The notes beneath the pieces are model-generated. The model ran no database searches and was not told the DNA's origin. It was given only the letters and a program-made list of their open reading frames with translations. A stretch of DNA of 64,000 nucleotides, taken from Oikopleura dioica. Lineage: Eukaryota > Animalia > Chordata. Below, in pieces: positions 21,391 through 34,607 of this stretch (the stretch's first letter is position 1; each line of letters begins with the position of its first letter). Made by a program: the position numbers and the translations under genes. Where the stretch lies: NCBI GenBank assembly GCA_907165135.1, contig OU015567.1, positions 14,818,001-14,882,000 of the forward strand, in the 5' to 3' direction.

Positions 21391-24036
21391 ATGGGGTTTT
21401 TCAGCAATAAAGCAGCTGAGGTACTGTATAAACTTGCACAATTACAATGTCGCGTTGTAAGAGAACTTCTGATAGACAGAAAAATGAGAAAAGAGGGACA
21501 AATCGTTTTTTTTTTAGAATAAGCTGAAAGATGAGGTGGACGCAAAGAACCAGCTCGTCGACCAGCTCAAGAACGAAGTTCAGCATCTGAAGGACAAGCT
21601 TGAAGTAGCTCGTAGCGAGCTTGAGCGATTTAAGATCAACTCTGGAATGGCAAATCTCTCACCAGATGACCAGATTCGAAAGTATGACAAGCTTCTTGTC
21701 GAAAGGACTGTTATAAAAGCTTAGACGAATGTGTTCATGAATTATTGGGAATTAAAAGCTTTTTTAACCAAAAATAGAGACAACCAGATCTCCGAGCTAA
21801 GAAAGGAACTCGAAGGTATGAAGCGAGAGATAGACGAGCAGCTCGCCACTCACGCCAAGAAGATGGAGGCTGTTCTCAACGAGAAAGACAAACAAATCAA
21901 GGTTCGTTCTAGAAAATCGCCCTTTTCACATTTTTTTTTTAGAAACTTGATGCTGGTGGTGCCGTTCGAAACGCTGTTGCCGCCGAATCCGACGACCGAA
22001 AAGTCATCGCTACCAAAGAGCTCGTTGTTATCCCCAAGAATGTTGCTGAGAAAAAAATTATCACGGATGCCCTTCTCTCCAATACATTCATGCGAGGCCT
22101 TAACCAGAATCAGCTCAACAAGTTGATTGATGCTATGGAAAAGGCCGAGTATCCTTCCAACACTGAGATCATCAAGGAAAACGGAGCTGGTGATGAAATG
22201 TACATTATCCAGGAGGGCGAAGTCAGCGTCACCAAGGTATTCGTCGAAAATAAAAGCAGAAATAAGCAAAGATTCTAGGGCAAGGGCAAGAACGCGACCC
22301 ACATCGTCAACATCAAGAGCGGTCTCTTCGGAGAACTTGCCATTATGTACAATTGCAAGCGAACCGCCACCGTCACCACAAAAACTAATGTTCAACTTTG
22401 GAAACTCCACCGCCAAATCTTCCAGATGGTGGTCAAATCTGCCGGTCAAGAGAAAGACGAAGAGAGATTCCAGATTCTCAAGTCCGTCAAGGTAATCATC
22501 TCTTACTCGTTCCGATGTTATTCAGAAAATTAAGGATTTCGCCGAGGTCAGTGAAGGCAAATTGAGAAAGATTGTCGATTGTCTCGAAGAAGAGCACTTT
22601 GAGAAGGGTGATACTATCATCAAGCAAGGAGAAGTCGGCGACAACTTCTTCATCATCAAGTCTGGAAACGTCAGGATCACCATCAACTGCCCAGTCTCCC
22701 CTGATCATCCTGAAGGCCAACAAGAAGTCGCCCGGAAGAGTGCTGGTGAATTTTTCGGCGAGAAAGCCCTCATCTCAGAGGACAAGCGATCCGCGAATGT
22801 CTACGCTGTCGACGGACCTGTTCTTTGCTTGACTCTCGACCGAATCGCCTTTACGAACCTTATCGGCACCCTTGACAACCTCAAAAAGGACGATGAAGTC
22901 GCTGTTGATAACAGTGGCCCAGAGCGAGTCATTCCTGATTACATCAAGGACTCAACCATCAAGGATGTCAAAATCATCAAGCCTCTTGGAGCTGGTGGTT
23001 TTGGCTTGGTCAAACTTGTCACGTAAGCTTATAGACATCATTATTTCATTAAAACTGTAAATTTTAGTTTCCATAAGAACCCAAGTGAGACTTATGCTCT
23101 CAAATGCATCCAGAAGCATCGAGTCGTCCAGTATGGTCAGCAGCGACATATCATGGATGAGAAGCATATTCTTGCTTCTATGAAATCTCCCTTTATTCTT
23201 GGACTCTTGAAGACATACAAAGGTAAATTTCGGATTCCCTTCCAGCTTTATCATTGCAATTAGATTCCAAGTACGTCTACATCCTCACCGATGCTTACCT
23301 CGGTGGTGATCTCTGGCGTCTTCTCCACCAGCGAGGCCCCTTCAACGACACCGTCGGTCGATTCTACACCGCCTGTGTCATTTCCGCCTTCGAATACCTC
23401 CACACGCGGCACTTCTGCTACCGAGATCTTAAACCCGAAAATCTTATGGTCGACCGACAAGGCTACGTCCGACTCGTCGATCTTGGCTTCGCAAAGAAAG
23501 TCCTTCCTGGCCACAAGACCTGGACTTTCTGTGGAACGCCCGAGTACATCTCTCCAGAAATTATTTCCAACACTGGTCATAATATCTGCGCTGATCTCTG
23601 GTCCCTTGGTATTCTTATTTACGAGTTGCTGTCCAAGCGCACGCCCTTCCGAGCTAAGGACGATCTGGCCATTTACGAAGGCATTCTCCGAGGAATCCAC
23701 TCTATCCAGTTCCCATACAAGATCTCACGAAAGGCCGAGTCCCTTATCAAAGCCCTCTGCCGACAGGATCCACAGGAACGAATCGGTTACCAGAAGAATG
23801 GCTACGACGACATCAAGAAGCATCGATGGTTCCAGGTAAACCAAGTCATAAGTAGATTTTGTATGAAACAAAAAATTAAGGGCTTTGACTGGGACGCTCT
23901 TGCTCACGAAAAACTCATGCCACCATTCACACCAGAGATCAAAAACAACGATGACACCAGCAACTTCGAACGAATCAAGGACGATGATAGAGCCAAAGTT
24001 CCCGATGAAAACTCCGGCTGGGATGCCGAATTTTAA
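21391..24036 (+). CDS. PRKG: cGMP-dependent protein kinase (leucine zipper, two cNMP domains, kinase domain)
   Basis: Coiled coil, pseudosubstrate-like AVRNAVAAES, cNMP motifs FGELAIMYNCKRTATV and FGEKALISEDKRSANV, kinase motifs LGAGGFG, YRDLKPEN, DLGFAK, TFCGTPEY, and C-terminal SGWDAEF. Confidence 0.96.
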
Positions 24037-24294
24037 TCTGCTTAAATATTGTTCTGTATATACGAATAGAATAGCAATTTTTTAAATGACCAGCAACTGG
24101 TTGTGTGTTTGTACTGTATTTTTGGAAAGTTACAGGCTAGAATGTTGTTTTATTTGAAGAAATAAATAGGCGAGCTTTTGTACTCACTGTCGTGGTTTAT
24201 GAAATTAAACAGGCTAATTCATAATGAATGGTATGATATTCAGAATATCTCTAACATTTGACTAGATATATACAGTGGAGACTTTTCAATCAGT

Positions 24295-25259
24295 TTAGAC
24301 ATAATGTAGCCATTTTTTCTCTAATTTCGCGGCTCCTGTCGGTGCAGCCATAATCTCAATTTTTGCGGCCTCACGAACCATACCAGAAATAAAGACGTCT
24401 TCTATTCTGAGACGGTTTCGGGGAACTTTTGGAATATTCTCGAGAAGGTTCAATGCGGTTGATTTTGATACGAGAAAGGCGCCAACACAATGATCGGGGT
24501 AGAATGTAGCTAAAAACGGTAAATTAACGGGTTTCGTTTTTATTAAACGGTCAGGGTTAGGGTTGGAGTTAGGGTTATGGTAAAATTTTTACCTTTTGGA
24601 AAGGTGCCGGCGATAATGAATCTTTGATTATCAAAGTAACTCGGCATTTGCTCATGAACCAATTCCTCCAGGCAAATGATAGAGTTCTGCATCTTATGAT
24701 CATAGACTTTCAAGATTTTCTCCTCAATCACGTCAAAGTTGAGGCTCGATCCCAAACGGCCGATAATAAAGACTTCGCCAAAATTTTTGCCGCAATTTTT
24801 GATGTACTGAAGAGCGGCTTCGTGGCTTCTTGTGATTTCTTGACTCAGGTAGAGAATATTTTCGTGCTCTTCGGTATAATTGGCGACGATGATATCTGCG
24901 TTGAGTTCGTCGTCAAGGAGAAGGGATCTCGTGTACTCGTAGAGTTCTCGTTTGTTTGCTCGGCCCATGAGAAAGTAGTAGAAGTTGTGCTTGCTGTATA
25001 AACCGTGCCTATTGCAGTTGGATTCTTCGCAGACATTTCTGTCTTTTTTCAGCTGCTCTCTGAAAAGCTTCCTTTGAAGTAGCTCGTATCTTGTTTGAGT
25101 GAAAATCGTTGTTATTTGCAGATTTGCTTTTGGATCCTCGCGTGCTGGCTTGCATGGTGACTTCGGTGTAAAGAAGAAATCGATTTCGGAATGATCATTC
25201 GAGTCGGACGGAGAATAGACCCATTTATTCAGATTCGTCTTTGAACAATATTGCTCCAT
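24295..25259 (-). CDS. GT31 (beta-1,3-glycosyltransferase)-like protein B, divergent
   Basis: YFLMGRA...ADIIVANYTEEHENILY and FYPDHCVGAFLVS...RIEDVFISG match GT31 motifs; intron at 24510-24592. Confidence 0.65.
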
Positions 25260-25325
25260 GGAAACTCCAAAGTCTTAAATATCAAATATCGTCGGTTTTA
25301 GGATCAGGCAGCGGGAGATAAAGTT

Positions 25326-26427
25326 TTAATCGGTTATTTTAAGCCGCGAATGTTGGCAAAACAACAATCCACGGCGGATTATTTCATCGCCAACTTATTA
25401 ATAGAAAGTGCAAAAATACTCACAGTGTTGGTAAATGTCTGGGTTCTCGCTTAGAATGTCACTTTCGACGTAAGAGAGCTCGCCGCTGGTGACTTTTTGG
25501 TGCAAATTGTGGCGGAGTTTTGTGATGTCGTTCCACTGGATTTTGTGTGGCATTGAAAAGCCGTTGATTGTTGACATGTTTCGTTCTGTCGGATGTTCTG
25601 CGAATTGAAGCTACGAGTTTGAAGCTTAGGAATGAATATTGATAGTTTTCTTACGTAACAATGCTCTCCAGCTGCTCGGAGGCCTTTCTTGCTGAGCGCT
25701 AGTTGATGGGGAGCATGAGCTTGTTCGTCCGCTCTGAGCCTGATGATGTCTGTTGAGTCTAGCATCTCCAGCGCTGTTCGTAACTTATCCTCAGAGATGT
25801 AGGCATTGTTGAGATCCATGATAAAGGCAGCGTCGAAATCGAAAATTTTTTCGTAAAACAAATAAGTTTGCGTTCCAAAACCGAGTAAGGTTCCATACGG
25901 TTGTGCGGGAGTAGCACTAGCGGCTGCGAAAGAGAAGTTAATTTTCAGAAAAACACGAAAAACAAGAACTTACTGGGATCATATTGCGAGTCGTAATTTA
26001 GCCCGCGTGTATTTCTGAAAACTAAATCTTCGCCAGAAAACGTATATTTCGACATCGCTTTTCCATGAATAAAAAACTTCAAATCGACCGTCCAGTCTTC
26101 TGAAGCGAGACCAAACTTGTTATAATGATCCCGTAGAAATGCTCGTTGAAGATGGTAGTTTTCTTTGCATTCACTGTCTTTATCTTCGCAGGGGTCAAGA
26201 GATTCGATTGCAAAATATAATTTTCTTGGTTTTTTCTTTATTTTTGCAGTATCAACTAAAATCCAATCTAAGCCAATTGTCGTCTAACGCACTTTACCTG
26301 AAGATTGTGCTTCTGAATTTTGTTTAATTTCTATTTCATTTCTCTGTTTTAAATTTTGCCGCCAAGCCAGGGCAAAAAGAAGTGTAACAATCCAACCGGA
26401 AAACGAAAAGGCGTGCCTTTTTATCAT
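25326..26427 (-). CDS. GT31/Fringe-like type II Golgi protein A, divergent
   Basis: N-terminal anchor MIKRHAFSFSGWIVTLLFALAW, stem, then KLYFAIES...QRAFLRD...FFIHG...EDLVF...AFIMDLNNAYI; several short GT-AG introns. Confidence 0.5.
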
Positions 26428-26768
26428 TTTATATTTTCTATTATAAGACTTTCTCCGATTTTGTTTTCCTTATCGAGGCGCCGTGGAACGTAGCTAGAAC
26501 CCGGAGGCGATGGCACCAATCGTCTCATTGTCAGCAAACTATTTATAGTGGAAGAGACTGCCTATTCCTACTTTTAAGTTAATCAATTAAATGCATTTAA
26601 ATTTCCAGAGATACAATAATTTATTATTTATATTGACAATAAGGCATTTGAAATGCCGCATTTCTTTAATTATTCTTTAAATTTTTTTATTGCAGGAATT
26701 AGACTAAGATAAGGAAAATGTAAGAAAGGTTCAATCGTTGATTTTTGCAGTATAACTGGGAGAAAGAA

Positions 26769-28078
26769 TCATGCGGCGGGTGGGTCAGTGAGAACTGGAG
26801 GAATGCATCCATATCCAGCAGGTTCTTCCCAATCAATTCTGCATGAAAAGCTGATGCCCTCAGGAAAATCACAGGGAACATTATCCCAGGTGTATGGATC
26901 GGCATTTCTTGTCATGACGCAAGTGTTATTAACGCCATCGTTTGGTTGGCCGGGTCCCCAAGAGAAAACATCGACTTCAACCTCCATTCGACCGTAGTGC
27001 GCTCCCCAACCGCTTTCATATTCAGGTTCACGGAAAATTCCAAGAACTTGTTCGCGGTACTCCGTCAAATTTGCTTCTTGGTTGAATTGATGAAGCTCGG
27101 ATTGAGAGCCGAAGAAGGGAAGGCTACCGATTCGATCCCAGTATGGCCAAAATTCGAAAACAATACTTTGACAGTAGTCCCGAGCTTCGTCGAATGATTC
27201 TGCTTGGAAAGGAGCAAGTTCAAAATGCACACAAGTTTCGACCCCCCAAGGAAGCATTTGGCCTTCTTCACAAATAGCTTGGTTTTTCTCCGCACAGTTT
27301 ACCGACTTTTCCTCATAAACAAAGGTCGGAGGACCTGGTGGAAGTGGAAGAACAAATTTTTCTTCAATCCAACATTGGTCAGACCCCGCCCATTGAGGAT
27401 CAAACCAAACAAATGAAACATCCTCTTCCTTCATTGTCTCCTTGATACCATAAAGCCGGAAAGGACTCTCAGGATCAGCAAGCCACATGTTTTTCGCAAA
27501 GCAATAGCCGCGAGCTTGATCGTAGGTCATTGTCTCCTCGGAAATGTGGTAAGAAATGGGTGCAGGATAGTTTGGCGGTTTATTCGCGATCTTCTCGATC
27601 TTTTTCAACGCTTTATTGATTCTTTGTTTTTCTGCTGGAGAAATAATTGTATGCCACTGTTTTGTTTAACAAATATACCGGTATAAAGGTAAATAAATTT
27701 CTGCTTATTATTGCTTATTATGTTAATATTGATTAAACTTTCCTGGATCCAGCATTCGGTCCAGTGCTTTAAATTGTTGATGTTCGTTTGTGGGCTTGTT
27801 TTCTCATCAAAACTTTGCCAGTAAGTGGGTAGAATGCACAAGCATTCACCAAGGGTATCCTCATCGACGTTGGGCCATCCATCGTAGTATCGTGCAGCTT
27901 CTCGGACTATTTCGTAGTTCTCAATCAACCGTTCGGCTCTCGCAGCATAATTTTTGATTGAATGGCGACACTGGTAGGCAAAGACATCCGCCGCTCTCCA
28001 AAAATCAAGGAAATCGTAGTCAAAGATGACAGATGAAGTTGCCAACTGGAAAATAATTGCTGAAAAAATCCTTTTCAT
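26769..28078 (-). CDS. Secreted protein with two C-type lectin domains
   Basis: Signal peptide MKRIFSAIIFQLATSS. CTLD1 TYDQARGYC...AICE; CTLD2 SFDEARDYC...WGPGQPND...CV...WDNVPC. Intron 27635-27738 joins the two ORF-track frames. Confidence 0.85.
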
Positions 28079-28602
28079 TTTCAGGTTCTTTTGATTTTTT
28101 CAATGAAAAATTTGCTTTTATACAAAAAAAATCTGCCGAGCTGGATTTTGATGGAGTAAGAGAGCTTTCAAATTTGTCGCTTATTATGAGAAAGCATCCG
28201 GTGAGACTGCTTCCACGGGAAAGTTTTATTAGACAGAAGTTGTCCTACAAGTTCCTACCATGTGATCAGCGTTCTAATTTTATCCCGTGGAATGACAGCT
28301 TATCAGTTTATGGCGCATTTCTATGTGACACACTTTAATCTCTATAAGATTTATCTGCGAATAACAATTGCTGCGTAAACTTTCCTAGCAGGAAACTGAA
28401 AGTACCATGTTTTCGAATTATTTGATGCACCGTAGCCGGCTTCGCACAAATGAACTGGCCTTCACAGTTATCGAATAGGCTGAAAATTGTTACTAGAACA
28501 ATGTTGAACAACTGAAATAATGGAAGATTAAAATCATATATTTTCTTATCACTGGCGAGATTTATTAATAAATTTGATCCGCTAAGAAAGCAAAATTTTG
28601 AA

Positions 28603-29727
28603 CTAATTTTTGAGTCGGTAAGGTGGAGGGTCTTCTACGTTTCTTTGATCTTGCTCGTTCACCATGGAAACGCTTGGTACCGGCTGTTGCCCAAGAGGTT
28701 GCAAAATGAATGCTTGTTGACCGTTTGGTAACTGGAAAGCAAAATCTGAAAGTTTTTTTTCAAACAAAACTAAAGTAGATTTACTTTGAGGTTGAGGCTG
28801 GACAGTTGTCAATTGAGGTTCAGATTGGAAATTCGTGCTTTGAGGTGGAGCATCGTCTTCAGATAGAGCTTCGGCTGGAGTTTGTTGAGAATGCATCCAG
28901 GGTTCCAAATGTGCGAACAAAAAAACTGATAGTCAGTCACTGATCACCGAGGAAACCGTCGCAGTGCGATCGCGGTAGTTCCAGCAAAATTTGGAACCCT
29001 GGTTGAGTCGTTTTTGGTCCCGCGAAAACGTCAAGAATCGGCTCGGGATAGATGTAGCAGCATTCACATCTGCATGTGTCCTCCGGCTCCTCTACACATC
29101 TGCAGCACTTTGAAATAGAATATCAAAACCCAAGTTCAAAAATAAGAGTGTACCTGTGCAGGAGAACCATGGATATTAGTGATGTAGAAAAGAAATCCCC
29201 ATTGAATCATAAAGCAGACAAGTTCACCAACCAGAGCGTACGGGTATTCGGGATCATATTTACGACGACGATGGTACCATGAGTGTGAATACTCGTATGA
29301 GGAACTCACGAACATCCCAGTAACCACGACGACATAGAAGAAAATGCAGAATGAGAAAGTCATGGTCACGTAAGCCTCGAATGTTGTTCTTTGGCAGTGA
29401 AAAATATAAGACCAAATTACCATGATAATGACGTTTTTGAAAGCCTTCTTGAACTCTTACATGTCCTTTATCGCCTCCGAATACTTGATTCCAAGATAAC
29501 CAGTTCTCATGCCAAGAAGAGAGACGAAACAGCCCAATCCAAATGTGTATGTCCAGAGGTAAGTTGCAACTGCATCGAATCTTTTATCGGTTGTTTGTTT
29601 AAAATTCGCTTGTACAAAGTAATTTTGAAACCCAATAATTAAACAACCCGTTCATAAGTTGAAAGAATGAAATGAGGATCAAGCCGTTGGAATAAAAGAG
29701 GACGACATCTTGGAGAGTTTTACTCAT
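28603..29727 (-). CDS. Four-TM membrane protein with a Pro/Gln-rich tail ending in PPPY
   Basis: Hydrophobic segments VLFYSNGLILISFF, YLWTYTFGLGCFVSLLG, FSFCIFFYVVVVTGMFV and ALVGELVCFMIQWGFLFYI; tail ...VEDPPPY. Confidence 0.55.
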
Positions 29728-29926
29728 GTCGTCGTTTTTGCTTTGACTTTTTTTTGCTGTCAATTCTCAAAAGTTTCTTCTCTCAAATTTTTATTTTCTG
29801 AATGAGTGGTACGAACGATTGGCCAGTGCAAAAATCTAGAAAGAAAACTCGACCGAGCCATTAGTGGCGCAAAATCTCTAGACATCAAATTTGAGTTGGC
29901 TGTTTTCATCGATAAGCGTTCACAAA

Positions 29927-31152
29927 ATGCCACGGAAAAATAAAGAGAAAGTGAAAAAGGGCGAAAGTGGCGGATTCATCCCCCAAAAGAGCGACCATTC
30001 GCCGCAATGCAGCGTTCAAGGCTGTTGCTCCCCTGCTGTTTCTCCTGGAACCAACTGGGACGAAATGTTCTCTTTGGAAGGGCAAATCTACACCGAGTTC
30101 ATCAAGACTGTTCCGGCGGATACCTGTACGCTTTGGGAAGTGATGGAGATGTACCAGAACATTTCTGAGGAAGAGAAGGAAAAGTACACCAGAATGGCGC
30201 AGAATCCCTACACAGAAATTCTCAAGACCGACCTTCGAGACTTGTTCAAAATCAAAGACGAATATCACCGGATCCGCCCAGAAGTAGAAGACCTTCGCTT
30301 GAAAAATGAGAGCCTGATGGAACTCTGTTGCAAAGATGAGCGAAAGCTGATCAAACAGTGCCTCGATTTGAAAAGTGAGATCAAGTCGTATTCTTCGGAG
30401 AAAGAGCTCACCATCAAAGTAAGCCTATCACATCTGCATTCCGAAAAATAGACGGAAATTTTTAGATTCAAGAGCAAAAACGTGAAATTGAAACTCTCCA
30501 ACAAGAAAATATCGATGCTTTCCGAAAAATCAAATCGCTTTCGGACGATTTCAAAGGTAAAAACAGGAAAAAGAAATTAGCCGTTAAAATTTTTTCTTAG
30601 CCGACACTTCATTTTACTGGCGAAATCTTCTTGCACACAACGAAAAAGACAAAAAACGACTAGAGGAGGAAGTAGCTGCAGAGAAACGAACGAACAAGTT
30701 GCTTTACAAGAAAATCGAAGAGCTGCGCGGGTCGATCAAAAAGTTCGCAATCAAGGAGGACAAGATGCAGAAAGAGATGGAAGATGTCCAAGCCAGACTT
30801 GAGATCGCGAAGGCTGCCGATTCAAAGAATGTCAGCGATTTGGAGAGACGAATCGAAGATCTTGAATCGTGCTCAATTTGTTGCAAGTAAGCTTTTTGTT
30901 CATTTTGTCATTTGGTCATTCGAAATTAAGTGCCTTCGATGAAGGGGAGTACCAAAAGTATGCCAAATTCTGCGGCCATTTGACTTGCTTAAAGTGCTTC
31001 AAGAAAGATTTGGCTCGACAGCGACAAGGTACTTGAAATTTATTCTCTCCGCTTTTAACTAAAAATTTTAAGATCCAAAGAAACAAGGCAAGCCCAAATG
31101 TCATTGTGAAGCAATTATCCACGAGTCCAAGGCCATCCGACTATACCAATGA
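29927..31152 (+). CDS. Coiled-coil + C-terminal RING-HC (C3HC4-like) protein
   Basis: Spliced C-terminus CSICC...KFCGHLTCLKC...KCHC, a long heptad region, and an N-terminal HMG-helix-like MYQNISEEEKEKYTRMA. Confidence 0.78.
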
Positions 31153-34100
31153 TCTTTCAGTTGAAAAAAGAACTCCAGTTAACGTAAAACTTAAAAACTA
31201 GCCAAAATAAAGGAAAAAAAAGGTTAGTCGTTGTTGATTTCAGGCAGATTTATTCGCGATCAATGTATTGCAGGTTTCAAATCAGTCTCTCGATTTCGGG
31301 ATAAGGGATGAAGAGAATGGTCGATTTGATTTGTCTAAAGCTTCCTCGTACTCGCAGTTCCCGCAGCTCATTTTCTCCAGGCCTGTTGGTGCTCAAATAA
31401 ACCATCATTGGGGCTTAGGTGGGGATTTCACTCCATAAAGATTCTTAGAGCCTTTGAACTGTTGCCACAATATCTGCGGAAACGTAGTGTTTGAGTCAGG
31501 CATATATAAAAGGAGCTGATCCCAAGAAACCCGTTAGAATTATTGATCCAACGCTAATCTCCTGGATAATCCAAATCATAAACTTATTGAGCACTTTCCT
31601 ATATTCTCCTTCAAATTTTCGCTTTCTCTTCAATTTCAGAAAAATCCAGAAAACGGCAAAAAGCACGATATTTCTCATCTCTTCTCGATTTTTGATTAAT
31701 TCTTCGATATTTTTTTGAATGAGAAAATCCCTCTTCCTTTTTTCTTTTGTCTTCCACCTGATCCTTCTCTTCTCAACGCGCGTTGCTTTTTTTGTGTTTT
31801 AAAAAAAATGGCTTTGAAAGGGAAGGAGGGTCAATCAAGATTTGGGGCCTCTTATGGGGCCTGCTTATGTGGTCAAGTGGGATTATAATTACGGTGGGAG
31901 GAGGAATGGAGGGGAGCTACTTGTGCTCGGCAAATATTTACTTGCTCTTCTTTTTGATCAAATTCTTTTGCAAATGTGAAGTTTGAGGATGTGTAGTAAT
32001 GTGGGATGTATATGCACTTTGGACGGTGTATATGAACGCGTGAGCCGACCCTTGAACATTCCCGTAAACTTAGGAAGAAGAACGCCGAAGCAGGATTTCC
32101 CGATTCCGATTCCGATAAAATTTTAGCCGCTTCTTTTTTTTGAAATTTCAACACCCTTCTTTTTTTTTATCAAGGCGACGAGTGAAATCTAAATTAATCA
32201 TCCACGTGTCTGGCTTCTCCCGGTGTTGGAATTTCTCTATTGACATGGAAACAGAGGCTCTACCAAATTTTTATGCATCAGGGCGGCGCGGGGTCACCAA
32301 GGGTAAGTGATTTTTTGTTATTGAATAATATTCACACCCTTGTTTGGGAGAAGTCTTGTTACATACATCATCACTCACGTTTTACTCTCTTCGCAAACTG
32401 CTTTAATTGCTCGGGCCGGACGAGAAGAGAGCCTCGCCCGTCTATCTTTCTAGTGCAGCTTGAAGTTTCTTTAAGCGCTAGCATTAAATACACATCAGGG
32501 GCAAAGATATGCAATTTAAATCAGATAAAGGCGACTCTTTTGGATGTTATATTATCGCTGGCTGGGTTGAAATTATAAGACCAGCGAGTCAACTTTTTGG
32601 TTAGATAAAAATAGCCCTCTACATAACATTTTACAGACTGTTATATACTGTATATGCTACATAATATATGAAGCAATGAATTTTACGATCGCTTTGAAAT
32701 TGGTCCAGATCTATGAGATTTTATGAAAACGAACTAATCCAACCGAACCAACACTTATCTGATTTTATATCTTTTTGCTCTTTCATACCCCGCTGAGCAG
32801 AAAGGTAACGATTCAATCGTTTTCTACTGCCCTCCTTTGGTGTCCTGTCAGAATATAACCGATCAAAATTAAGGGAGGGTATTCTGAAATTATGAAATGA
32901 AAACGAAAACTCGTTCACCGTCTCGATTTCCATCCGCATATTCTCTGAACACATAAATTATGTGACATAATACTGGAAAATAAAATGATCTCGAAATAAT
33001 CGTGAGCTACTATCGCCCCGACCATTATAAAATTTTGCAATTATCAAATCAAAAAAATTCTGTACCTATCGCAAACCAACACATTATAAGGCACTATTCA
33101 TACCAAAAATAGATTCACTCTATCTTTCTAGTGCAGCTTAATATATCGACCGAACCAAAAATTATCTGATTCTAATCTTTTGGATAGACATACCCGGGAT
33201 ACGATATCCCGCTGAGCAGTATCTTTTTCTACCGCCCTCTTTCGACGATAATTCAGTATTTAATCGACTCTGAATCCTCATATTCATAAGATGTAAAATA
33301 AAGACGAAATTATTACGAACGATGTCCTATATTTCGAAAAGAAATATGTATACAAACATGAACTCTACTAACGTAAAATGAAAACTTAAAAACTTCATCA
33401 ATATTTGTAATCTCTGACGATACTGAATACACTGAAACATGAACTGTTAAAATCTGATATTCTTGAAAAAATAGCTCCACCACTCAATAAACGTTCCAGT
33501 TTGCGAATCACACCTGTCGTTCCGAACGACGTGTTGTTAAAGTGGGATCTGTTTTCACGCGCTTCCTCTTGCATCCAGAGCTCAAAATGCACGGAAAATA
33601 GGGCTCGTGATTTTTCCTATTGCATTTGCTTCCAATTTTAATTATTTGAAGGACGGGATCTTCTTGCCAATAACGCACTTGGCATAAGCAGCTGTGATGA
33701 CTTCAAGACGCTTCAAGAAGTTTTTTTCATCACCCCTCGTTTGCGTTGGTAACCACGTAGTAATGAATGCAATGCGACCAAATGTTTAACCCGTGATGAC
33801 CGCCCCGCATGTGCCAGATATCCAAGGTCCTTACAGCCCCCCACAGTTTATCGATTTCAATATTTTCGCGACCAAGTTTTGCAATCTTTTAGATTCGCAC
33901 TCGAAAATTGTAACTCAAAATTTCGAGGAATTCCAGCTAGAAATCGGTACTTTGCGATTAAACACTTGTTAAAACTACTTTTCTAGCTTCTTCTCAACTA
34001 TAGTTGGATCATCTTCAATGTAACTGTATATTTTCATTACACAATCTTGAAAGATTGAAGCTCCCTTTGAACTAGAAATCTCCAAGCCCTCTCGAAAGTG

Positions 34101-34607
34101 GCTTATCCCCCGCTCGGCAGGTGACTGCTTCACTCCTCACTCGTCCTGTTTCCTCCTCACATTGGAGAAGAAAGTCTAAGTCGCTTATGCAAGAAACGAG
34201 AAGAAAGGTGAAACAAGAAGGAGTATATTTTATTTTGCATAAGGCAGGATTCTGACGCAGATTCACGCAGATGGTGGCGTCTGGACGGGGTTAGTTCTTC
34301 GTTGCTTTCTTCTTTTTTTCGTTACTCTTCCGATTTAGAATCCCCCGCCGCCTTCTGAAAGTGAATCTTAGAGACGGTATAGGACTGTTGAGCAGAGCAT
34401 CAGCTGATAAAAAAGGCTTAACCCCTATTTGCCACCTTTATCTCCCCACAGCCACCGTGATATAACCATCTGGTTCCTTTTTTGCAATGGTGCAGAAATT
34501 GACTCAGAACGTTAAACATTGAAAAGATACAGTATTTGAGCCCTGTTATCTTTTTCTGTACATGTGACCATGAAGCCTTCAATAAGGGTTTCCCTTGAAA
34601 AAACTGT

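Noticed and set aside
24410-24430. Frameshift in the last GT31 exon
   Set aside because: Recounting shows four G, so the frame is continuous.
27605-27608. Frameshift between the lectin ORFs
   Set aside because: GT-AG intron 27635-27738 joins them in frame.
29457-29459. In-frame TAA suggesting readthrough or a pseudogene
   Set aside because: It lies in a GTAAGA donor; intron 29389-29460 removes it in frame.
31200-34300. Genes from short ORFs in this interval
   Set aside because: No motifs or coherent splice pattern; left unannotated.
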